64,000 bases of DNA from assembly GCF_006345805.1 (NCBI RefSeq), contig NC_042998.1:93062001-93126000 (forward strand), given 5' to 3'. Source of the stretch: Octopus sinensis. Lineage: Eukaryota. Below are positions 12,871 to 23,370 of this stretch, piece by piece. Numbering within the stretch: position 1 is the stretch's first letter; each line of letters opens with the position of its first letter. Both the position numbers and the translations under genes were made by a program. The notes under the pieces are model-generated. The model saw only the letters and a list, made by a program, of their open reading frames with translations, had not been told where the DNA came from and did not search any database.

Positions 12871-13751
12871 ACATATATGTATATAGTAGAAGATTTTGGT
12901 ACAGTACTATATATTAAAAAAAAATGAATAAGGATGACTTTTCTGATAATTTTTTCTACTTCAATTGTTAGATCTTTACAAATCATATCATTTGGACTCA
13001 GAACATAAAGCACGAAGTAATGCTGGTAAGTCATTTATACAATTTGCTAACAATTCTGCCAGCTCAGATTGGCAGAAACGTATACATCTAATCACTTAGT
13101 GGGGAAAAAAATTATCAGAAATGTCATTCTTATTCATTTGTTTCCAAATACATACACGCACAAATTTATATACATAAACATACATATATATATATATACA
13201 CACATGCACACACACATATACATATATATATACACACACACATACATATATATATATATATCTATATATCTCCATATGTATGTATGTATATATATATATA
13301 TATATATATATTTCTGAGAGTATTTGTGTATATGTGTGTATATATATATGTGTTTATATGATGTGTCAAATAGTGTACTTGTGCCATCAGGATTGATGAC
13401 AATTTTATTAATTATAGGTAATGGTGCAACTGTTTGGAATGGCAGGTGAAACCACAGAGATCATTTCGCACTGACTTCACTCTTTGTATTCAATAGGAAA
13501 GTATTACATTTTGATCTTAGCCAAAATGGCATTATCAATAATTCATAAATGTGACAGAGCAGGCCACCTGTTGAAAGCGATGGGTCTGGGTCACTGTTAT
13601 ATAAGAGAGATATAGGTACTTGTCTCTGTAACTATATATCATATTCATATATATATAAATATATTCATATATATATAAATTAGTATAAGCAGCTAGGTGC
13701 AATACAAGATAAGAAAGGTAAAATTTAATCATCAGTAATGGTGATTGAAGT

Positions 13752-14000
13752 GGAGGCACATGGCTTGGTGGTTAGGGTGTTATCATCATGATCGTAAGAT
13801 TGTGGTTTCAATTCCTGGCCCAGGCAACACGTTGTGTTCTTGAGCAAAACACTTCATTTCACGTTGCTCCAGTCCACTCAGCTGGCAAAAATGAGTAATG
13901 CTGCGATGGACTGCCATCTTGTCCAGCTGGGGAACATATACGCCATTGAAACCAGGAAACTGGGCCCATGAGCCTGGCTAGGCTTTAAAAGGGCACATTT
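13752..14000 (+). mobile_element. SINE family B (tRNA-like head, gttgtgt.cttgagcaaaacact core)
   Basis: Related copy at 21692-22010; A/B-box-like tggcttggtggttagg and gtttcaattcc. Confidence 0.7.
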
Positions 14001-14100
14001 ATTATATTATTAACTGTGATTGAAGGTGCTGAATAGCACCTATATTGCAAGGAGTAAGAATTAGAAGCCTTAAGGCTGCATAAAGTGCACAATTTATGTT

Positions 14101-14158
<58 letters not shown>

Positions 14159-14641
14159 AACACACACACATGCATATTCGAACATGATCGATGTCAGGCC
14201 CACCTGACTGGCCCCTGTGCTGGTGGCATGTGAAAAGCACCCACTGCATTCTTGGTGTGGTTGGCATTAGGAAGGGCCTCAAGCTGTAGAAACGTTGCCA
14301 GATCAGATTGGGGCTTGGTGCAGCTGCTGGCTCTCCAGTCCCCAGTCAAACTGTCCAACCCATGGAAAACGGACGTTAAACGATGAGGTTGATGATAATG
14401 ATGATGATGTATAGCAAAATAAGGATTCAGATAGAATCAGGTACGTGAAGAGATATGCATCAGGTAGAGTTGGATAAACTTGCAGTTCTGGCCTATGATT
14501 GGTAAATATCAAATAGGATATTCTGGTTGTGTACACAGAGAAAACCATCCCAATGGTCCAAAGCATGCGTTACATTGAATTGTATGTTGTTGGTATACTC
14601 TAGGGAGTCCGACAAGTTGTAAATCCCCTTGGTGTACTATG

Positions 14642-14965
14642 ATCGAATGAATAATAACAGACGATGGATAATTGTCCGCTCATTACAGCTGTTTCTTGCG
14701 CATTATTTTTAATAGAAGAATGGGAACATTACTCCATTACAAAAACCTGTAATCATCAGATGAAACCTAATTTTACAAACAAGAGAATATTCTGAGAATA
14801 CAGCAAGGACGTGGATATTATTTTGTTTGCAAAATTACGTTTCATCTGATGATTATGGGTTTTTTTGATATGGAGTAATTTTCTCATTCGTCTATTTAAA
14901 AAACAATGCGTTAGAAACAGCTGTAATGAGGTGACAATTATCCATTATCTGCTATTATTCATTTG

Positions 14966-14967
<2 letters not shown>
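14642..14967. ncRNA. Foldback with an inverted pair of hammerhead motifs (14676-14767 on -, 14838-14933 on +)
   Basis: Arms 14642-14782 and 14822-14967; each reads UUCAU-CUGAUGA-[~60 nt]-GAAA-CAGCUG-UA-AUGAG. Confidence 0.65.
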
Positions 14968-14996
<29 letters not shown>

Positions 14997-14998
<2 letters not shown>

Positions 14999-16810
14999 GT
15001 AAATGTAATATGTGACAATTATTCGGTAGCCATGATAAAACTCCGAGTTTCAGATGCCGAGGTGGAAAACCACACCGCCATCTCTTCAGTTATCCGGCCA
15101 TCGGAAAAATGCTATGAAAAATGACCGTTATACAAAGGGACATTACTGTGTGATTGACCGTTATTAAGACAAAAGAGCTATCCGAATGACCACTAAGAAA
15201 GGGGAAGGAGTAAAGTAAGGGGGTAAAAAGTTCATAGTATTCGCGTAAACGCGCCTGTTCATACCTACACATGTGCGCCCGCACACCCACGTGCATCCGC
15301 CTAAAAGTATACATTCATCCACACACACGTGAAAACGTACACATCCTCGCTCCTTCCTCAAATGTATACAGACCCACACACACGCACGCGCACCATAAAG
15401 GTTCATACACACGTCTATATAACCACAAGCACAAGAAAAAACAGGGTTAAGGGTAACAATACAGAAAAAAGGCACAAGGGAATATACAATGAGTAACCCA
15501 TGTCTATATACGCACATACCCGCACGCATGTATATACGCACACACACACGCACACACAAAAAGATCATACATACGTCTATATGCGCACATACACAAGAAA
15601 AAACAGGGCTAATGGCAAAAATACAGGAAAATATGTAAAAACACAGAGTAAAATACGTCTATATACGTAGTACTCGCATGCACGCACACACGCGCACATC
15701 TATATACGCACATACCTGCACACACGCGCGCACAAAAGATTCCATATACATGCCTATATACGCACAGGGAAAAATGCAGGGTGGAAAGGTAGAATACAGA
15801 AAAATTATATGTAAAAAATATATAAGCAATAACCTATAAACCAATACCCCTATAAATATATAAGAAATATATGTATAAAAATATAAATAAAATAAAAAAT
15901 ACATAAGAAATATAAGTAAAAGGTATAAAGAGATGAAATCTAGTGTGTGGACACAATATAGAAAGCAAGGTCTATCTGTAGTCTCGCGGGGACCAAAAAC
16001 GTAACAAATATTTGGCTACGTATGGGCATGACCCGAAAAGTTCAGTTCTTGAATTCAGACATGTAGTGGGATCTAAGTTGCTTTTCCAGATGAGCCATCT
16101 TTCCATATCACACAGACCGCACTTTCCACTGCCGTTGGTGTAGGGCTTACACTTGGCTAAAATTTTCCAATGGATGTTGTAACTGACACCTTTATCTTTT
16201 AATGACGATATATGACTGGATAATTTGGTCGTTTTCCTTTTATCCCAGTGCCTAAAGCTCAAGGTGTGATTATTGAACCTGGCCTTGAAATTACCCTCTG
16301 TAAGGCCCACGTATTTCTTCGTCGAAACCGTGTCTTTAGTGGAGATAGAGTCCACGGTGGCTTCGTAAATGATGGTCTCGGACATGCAAGCTTCATTTAG
16401 CGGGCACAAATTTTTATCCCTACCTGAACAGCTGGTTTCGTATTGTGGTTTTTCTTGTGTTGTGTGCGATTATATTTTTAAAATTGGTAGTTGAGCTGAA
16501 ACTGATTTTTAAGTTGTGTCTAATGAAGAGCTTCCTGTAAGTGTGGTTGACTGGAAAATGTCTATCTATCAGTGCTAAGAAATACTTGCCTATATTGAAG
16601 GTTACCGCGGGTGAGTAGGGGTGTGTGAATCAGATGGTTTTCCTATTCCTATGTTTCCTCTTCTTTATTGTTGTGCTGGTGGCAGGTCTATAGGTTATTT
16701 CTTCGCTGAAACCACTATGTTTTAGAGCCTTATTATATACTGGGGCAACGCTATTAAAATTGTCCTTATCGGAGGAGAGGCTAGAAATTCTCTTGTCACA
16801 TCAGAGATCA
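14997..16810 (-). mobile_element. 5'-truncated Penelope-like element (Neptune-like): RT C-terminal region, GIY-YIG endonuclease, 3' UTR with hammerhead; pseudogenised
   Basis: Minus frame: KRISSLSSDK...RNRKTI*FTHPYS...NIGKYFLALIDRHFP...KISFS, then frameshift to CPLNEAC..IIYEATV..KYVGLTEGNFKARFNNH..SHI..CGLC..ER; ends at (TA)n. Confidence 0.9.
15034..15094 (-). ncRNA. Type-I hammerhead motif at the PLE 3' end
   Basis: GAUAA-CUGAAGA-GAUG..CAUC-U-GAAA-CUCGGAG-UU-UUAUC; helix I can extend via UGGCC/GGCUA. Confidence 0.75.
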
Positions 16811-17119
16811 GAGATTGTCAAGCAGGGATTCTTATCAATATCTGGGGCTGCAGGTTAGTTATTTTAACCAACTATTCCAATCAATACTTTTCATGAAATC
16901 TTATAAAAAATACTTTGACTCAGCTATCACTACTAATGTGATTAAAGAAAATATAGAAATAAAAATAATAAACTGCACTAGTTTAAGAAAGCCATTGCAT
17001 ACTTAACCGTAGAGGGTGGTGGGGAGAAAACAGGGTTATGTACTCTGTTGCAATTATAGCCACACCTGGAGTGTGTATTCATTGTAAATAGGTTGTGTGT
17101 GTGTGTGTGAATATAATAT

Positions 17120-17175
<56 letters not shown>

Positions 17176-17660
17176 AACACACACACACATGCATATTCGA
17201 ACATGATCGATGTCAGGCCCACCTGACTGGCCCCTGTGCTGGTGGCATGTGAAAAGCACCCACTGCATTCTTGGTGTGGTTGGCATTAGGAAGGGCCTCA
17301 AGCTGTAGAAACGTTGCCAGATCAGATTGGGGCTTGGTGCAGCTGCTGGCTCTCCAGTCCCCAGTCAAACTGTCCAACCCATGGAAAACGGACGTTAAAC
17401 GATGAGGTTGATGATAATGATGATGATGTATAGCAAAATAAGGATTCAGATAGAATCAGGTACGTGAAGAGATATGCATCAGGTAGAGTTGGATAAACTT
17501 GCAGTTCTGGCCTATGATTGGTAAATATCAAATAGGATATTCTGGTTGTGTACACAGAGAAAACCATCCCAATGGTCCAAAGCATGCGTTACATTGAATT
17601 GTATGTTGTTGGTATACTCTAGGGAGTCCGACAAGTTGTAAATCCCCTTGGTGTACTATG

Positions 17661-17984
17661 ATCGAATGAATAATAACAGACGATGGATAATTGTCCGCTC
17701 ATTACAGCTGTTTCTTGCGCATTATTTTTAATAGAAGAATGGGAACATTACTCCATTACAAAAACCTGTAATCATCAGATGAAACCTAATTTTACAAACA
17801 AGAGAATATTCTGAGAATACAGCAAGGACGTGGATATTATTTTGTTTGCAAAATTACGTTTCATCTGATGATTATGGGTTTTTTTGATATGGAGTAATTT
17901 TCTCATTCGTCTATTTAAAAAACAATGCGTTAGAAACAGCTGTAATGAGGTGACAATTATCCATTATCTGCTATTATTCATTTG

Positions 17985-17986
<2 letters not shown>
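17661..17986. ncRNA. Duplicate of the 14642-14967 hammerhead foldback
   Basis: Offset 3019; CTGATGA at 17865. Confidence 0.65.
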
Positions 17987-18019
<33 letters not shown>

Positions 18020-18021
<2 letters not shown>

Positions 18022-19834
18022 GTAAATGTAATATGTGACAATTATTCGGTAGCCATGATAAAACTCCGAGTTTCAGATGCCGAGGTGGAAAACCACACCG
18101 CCATCTCTTCAGTTATCCGGCCATCGGAAAAATGCTATGAAAAATGACCGTTATACAAAGGGACATTACTGTGTGATTGACCGTTATTAAGACAAAAGAG
18201 CTATCCGAATGACCACTAAGAAAGGGGAAGGAGTAAAGTAAGGGGGTAAAAAGTTCATAGTATTCGCGTAAACGCGCCTGTTCATACCTACACATGTGCG
18301 CCCGCACACCCACGTGCATCCGCCTAAAAGTATACATTCATCCACACACACGTGAAAACGTACACATCCTCGCTCCTTCCTCAAATGTATACAGACCCAC
18401 ACACACGCACGCGCACCATAAAGGTTCATACACACGTCTATATAACCACAAGCACAAGAAAAAACAGGGTTAAGGGTAACAATACAGAAAAAAGGCACAA
18501 GGGAATATACAATGAGTAACCCATGTCTATATACGCACATACCCGCACGCATGTATATACGCACACACACACGCACACACAAAAAGATCATACATACGTC
18601 TATATGCGCACATACACAAGAAAAAACAGGGCTAATGGCAAAAATACAGGAAAATATGTAAAAACACAGAGTAAAATACGTCTATATACGTAGTACTCGC
18701 ATGCACGCACACACGCGCACATCTATATACGCACATACCTGCACACACGCGCGCACAAAAGATTCCATATACATGCCTATATACGCACAGGGAAAAATGC
18801 AGGGTGGAAAGGTAGAATACAGAAAAATTATATGTAAAAAATATATAAGCAATAAACCTATAAACCAATACCCCTATAAATATATAAGAAATATATGTAT
18901 AAAAATATAAATAAAATAAAAAATACATAAGAAATATAAGTAAAAGGTATAAAGAGATGAAATCTAGTGTGTGGACACAATATAGAAAGCAAGGTCTATC
19001 TGTAGTCTCGCGGGGACCAAAAACGTAACAAATATTTGGCTACGTATGGGCATGACCCGAAAAGTTCAGTTCTTGAATTCAGACATGTAGTGGGATCTAA
19101 GTTGCTTTTCCAGATGAGCCATCTTTCCATATCACACAGACCGCACTTTCCACTGCCGTTGGTGTAGGGCTTACACTTGGCTAAAATTTTCCAATGGATG
19201 TTGTAACTGACACCTTTATCTTTTAATGACGATATATGACTGGATAATTTGGTCGTTTTCCTTTTATCCCAGTGCCTAAAGCTCAAGGTGTGATTATTGA
19301 ACCTGGCCTTGAAATTACCCTCTGTAAGGCCCACGTATTTCTTCGTCGAAACCGTGTCTTTAGTGGAGATAGAGTCCACGGTGGCTTCGTAAATGATGGT
19401 CTCGGACATGCAAGCTTCATTTAGCGGGCACAAATTTTTATCCCTACCTGAACAGCTGGTTTCGTATTGTGGTTTTTCTTGTGTTGTGTGCGATTATATT
19501 TTTAAAATTGGTAGTTGAGCTGAAACTGATTTTTAAGTTGTGTCTAATGAAGAGCTTCCTGTAAGTGTGGTTGACTGGAAAATGTCTATCTATCAGTGCT
19601 AAGAAATACTTGCCTATATTGAAGGTTACCGCGGGTGAGTAGGGGTGTGTGAATCAGATGGTTTTCCTATTCCTATGTTTCCTCTTCTTTATTGTTGTGC
19701 TGGTGGCAGGTCTATAGGTTATTTCTTCGCTGAAACCACTATGTTTTAGAGCCTTATTATATACTGGGGCAACGCTATTAAAATTGTCCTTATCGGAGGA
19801 GAGGCTAGAAATTCTCTTGTCACATCAGAGATCA
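18020..19834 (-). mobile_element. Duplicate of the Penelope-like element at 14997-16810 (hammerhead at 18057-18117)
   Basis: Identical GIY-YIG ORF 18996-19433. Confidence 0.9.
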
Positions 19835-20156
19835 GAGATTGTCAAGCAGGGATTCTTATCAATATCTGGGGCTGCAGGTTAGTTATTTTAACCAACTATT
19901 CCAATCAATACTTTTCATGAAATCTTATAAAAAATACTTTGACTCAGCTATCACTACTAATGTGATTAAAGAAAATATAGAAATAAAAATAATAAACTGC
20001 ACTAGTTTAAGAAAGCCATTGCATACTTAACCGTAGAGGGTGGTGGGGAGAAAACAGGGTTATGTACTCTGTTGCAATTATAGCCACACCTGGAGTGTGT
20101 ATTCATTGTAAATAGGTTGTGTGTGTGTGTGTGAATATAATATATATATATATATA

Positions 20157-20351
20157 GTTAATCCAAACAAGAAAGCACAAAAAAACACAACAACGCGAGG
20201 ACGTGGAACAAATATAGTATTATTGGACGCTCAGGAAAGAAGGAGGGTTTAACATTTCGAGCGGAGCACTTCGTCGGAAACATAGGAGAAGGAAAGATCC
20301 AGAGAAGGGAAGACAGAGGAAGAAAATCGCCAACGGTACACACGAGGTCAC
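20157..20351 (-). mobile_element. ~195-bp TA-flanked element with a decayed minimal hammerhead (20247-20281)
   Basis: GUUU-CCGACGA-A-GUGC-UCC-GCUC-GAAA-UG-UU-AAAC; homologous to 51950-52142(+). Confidence 0.7.
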
Positions 20352-20375
20352 ATATATATATGTATGTATGTATGC

Positions 20376-20408
<33 letters not shown>

Positions 20409-20448
20409 TGTATGTATGTATGTATGTATGTATGTATGTATATGTATT

Positions 20449-21648
20449 TCCGTTCGTTTTTTAGGTGAAAATCAAAACAAAGTAAACAATTATGAAAAAT
20501 GTATTTAATCAATACAATAGTTACCATTTGCTTCTATAACCTTTCGCCACCTGTTGGGTAGATCTTTTATTTCTCTGTTCGAAGAATTTAGGTTCTCTAT
20601 TAGCAAAAAAAGCTTCCAAGAAAGTTTCCACGTCTTCATCAGAATTAAGATTTTTTTCCATTCAATGAATTTTGCAGTGACCGAAACAGATGGAAATCTG
20701 ATGGGGCCAGATCTGGAGAGTATGGAGGGTGAGGCAAAACTCCTCACTCAAGCTGCAGCAACTTCTGCCGAGTAATCAAAGCAGTGTGTGGCCTTTTGAT
20801 GAAGAGCCGTGTTTAATTTATCGAGTTGTTCACAATAAACCTCTAAATTGATGGTTTTATTCAAGGGAAGAAGTTCAAAAAAGATAACACCCTTCCAATC
20901 CCACAATATCGATAACAGAACTTTCTTTGGGTGAAGACCAGCTTGGGTTGTTCGTTTTGGAGAAACCCCTGCTTTTTCCGTGATCTTCTTCGTTTCACAT
21001 TATTGTAAACTACCCACTTTTCCTTTTCAGTAACAATTCTTCTCAAAAAGCGTTCGTTGTTTCCCTTTTCAGTAATGAATCACAAATGGAAACCCTCTGG
21101 ACAAGATTTGCTTCTGTCAATTTATAGGGAACCCAAACATCAAGTTTAGAAACGTAACCAAGTTTATGCAATTCATTTTCCACACTTGTTTTGGATATGT
21201 TAAGAATATCTGCGATTTGTCTGGTCGTAAGACTGCAGTCTTGTTTGACTACTTGGTCTATGTCAATTTCTTTTCGCCAGCCAGAGTGAGGTGCATCACT
21301 TACTGAAAAATTCCCTGATCGAAATCGAGCAAACCATTTCTGGCACACCCGTTTTGAAACAGCATTTTCTCCATACACATTGCATAACTTTCGGCAAGTT
21401 TCTGTTGCTTTCCTTTTCTGAAGTAAAAAAGCATAAGATGCTGATAGTACTCCGCCCACTCTTCCATGTCTAGGTTCAAATGCAATCAAACAAGTTGCAA
21501 TCTCTCACCTTTGAGGCTTGTTACACACTGATGTAACTTTGTTTGTTATACCGAATACAGTTACCAAAGAAAAAGAATATCGGAACAGTGATTAGAAGAC
21601 TGAACAGTTGACACTAAAAAAAACGAACGGACTTTTTGGCCAACCCAA
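20449..21648 (-). mobile_element. Mariner (DD34D) transposon relic, frameshifted
   Basis: HTH region ..LMLFYFRKG..TETCRKLCNVYG..., VWVPYKL, PHPPYSPDLAPSDFHLFRSLQN; TIR ttgggttggccaaaaagtccgttcg with TA at 21649-21650; the other TIR is partial (tccgttcg at 20449). Confidence 0.92.
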
Positions 21649-21691
21649 TATATATATATGTATATGTATGTGTGTGTGTGCGTGTGTGCGT

Positions 21692-22010
21692 GAAGGCATG
21701 TGGCTTAGTGTTTAGGGCATTCGGCTCACGATCACAAGGTCATGAGTTCGATTCCCCGCGTTGTGTCCTTGAGCAAAACACTTTATTTCACGTTGCTACG
21801 GTCCACTCAGCTGGTAAAAATGTGTAGTACCTGTATTTCAAATGGTCAGTCTTGTCACACTCTGTGTCACGCTGAATCTCCCTGAGAACTACATTAAAGG
21901 TACACATGTCTGGAGTGCTCAGCCACTTGCACGCTAATTTCACGAGCAGGCTGTTCCGTTGATTGTATCAGCTGGACTCCTCATCATCATAACTGATGGA
22001 GTGCTCCTTT
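21692..22010 (+). mobile_element. SINE family B
   Basis: tggcttagtgtttagg...gagttcgattccc...gttgtgtccttgagcaaaacact. Confidence 0.7.
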
Positions 22011-22011
22011 G

Positions 22012-22013
<2 letters not shown>

Positions 22014-22044
<31 letters not shown>

Positions 22045-22174
22045 TGTATGTATGTATGTATGTATGTATGTATGTATGTATGTATGTATGTATGTATGTA
22101 TGTATGTATGTATGTATGTATGTATGTATGTATGTATGTATGTATGTATGTATGTATGTATGTATGTATGTATG

Positions 22175-22203
<29 letters not shown>
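22014..22203 (+). repeat. (TATG)n microsatellite
   Basis: Direct reading. Confidence 0.98.
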
Positions 22204-22208
<5 letters not shown>

Positions 22209-22320
22209 TGTATATATCATCATCGTCATCATCATCATCACATACACACACTATGTAAGTATATATATATAAGTATACATACATATATTTATTATTGACA
22301 ATAATTTATTGATATAATGC

Positions 22321-23370
22321 AAGTCTTGAAATGTAGTTTATTTAATACATTGTGCTGAATGTGGCATTCAATATGTGGAACAAACAATTCAGGCATTTCA
22401 CTAACATCTTAATGGACATAGACAAGCATTTAAAATGGATATGAATCAACACATTTATAAACATTTTAGAAAACATATTTCTGCATTTGGTAGTTGTAGG
22501 GTACAAGTTATTGATCAGGTAATGGGTAATGACAAAGGCAAGAGACAACTGCTTCCGGAAAGAACATTTTTGGATTAGAGTAGTATGTAGAATACACCCA
22601 TTTGCTTTGAATATAGAATTTTATGTTTAGGAAATGTATCAGGTAAAAATGATATGGATGAGGTGTATTTTCCACAGTCAATTGTAGTCAAGTGTCCATC
22701 ATTGACAAGACCAAACAAGGTCAAAATCACATGATCTGGTGTGCTTGGCACTGGAGTTAGTGGTAAATTTATCTCCCTGCTAGCAATATAAAGAATAGTG
22801 CATGTTGCACCAAAATGCCTATATGTGGGTTTCTCTCATGGTAACTAACACAGTATAGTTTGTTCTTACAGAACATCCATATTTAAGGGATAAATATTAC
22901 CTTTAAGAAAAAATGTAGACATGCTCTTTGATTAAATAGGCAGCAAGTTAGATATAGACATTTCTGAAACTTTAAAAATTGTAGGTAGAGGAGGTGGGGT
23001 TGAGTAAATCATTTTTGTTTAGATCATGTTTCCTTTCCATAATTGAAAAAAACGTTTCATAGATGTGAAAGAGATTTAACTGATGTTCACTTTTTAACTG
23101 GTAGCTATTGTAATAGATTAATTAAAGTGGTTACAGAAAAAGCAAATAAAGTCAAGGTCATACCTTTCGTTAGTAATTCCATTGATGATATTTATTTGGA
23201 TACAATAATTCAAAGTAGGAGGAGACACGATTTTTTGCCAGTCTATGTTATGTGTGCAAATATACATATTAGCTATGTTAGATGTGAACCTAGAAAAATT
23301 CGAGATGATTTAATTTGTAATTTCAATAAGCCCATATGTTTGTATGAAACTATTAGCTGTGTGCTTACCC
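22321..23370 (+). mobile_element. Decayed PLE fragment with GIY-YIG endonuclease followed by further coding-like sequence (probable Naiad-type, endonuclease-first order)
   Basis: KS*NVVYLIHCAECGIQYVEQTIQAFH*HLNGHRQAFK...YKHFRKH..., then frameshifted KEHFWIRVVCRIHPFALN; downstream 123-codon ORF 23043-23414 contains PFVSNSIDDIYLDTII..LPVY..ISY..KIRDDLICNFNK. Confidence 0.6.

Larger units (their letters stand above)
14101..20156 (+). repeat. Two-unit tandem duplication, period ~3.02 kb, bounded by (TA)n tracts
   Basis: Offsets 3019-3024; duplicated ORFs 15972/18996 and 16815/19839; differences noticed only in TA, CA and A-run lengths. Confidence 0.97.

Noticed and set aside
13720-13740. CUGAUGA on the minus strand
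   Set aside because: No downstream GAAA or helix partners.
13752-13830. tRNA gene
   Set aside because: The A/B-box-like head continues into SINE body sequence and no cloverleaf forms.
22738-22770. Walker-A-like GTGVSGKF
   Set aside because: F replaces S/T, stops flank it, and it lies inside the PLE-like relic; probably chance.
22321-23040. Selenocysteine read-through as in some Naiad elements
   Set aside because: In-frame stops are a mixture of TAA, TAG and TGA with frameshifts, which indicates decay; no SECIS was identified.
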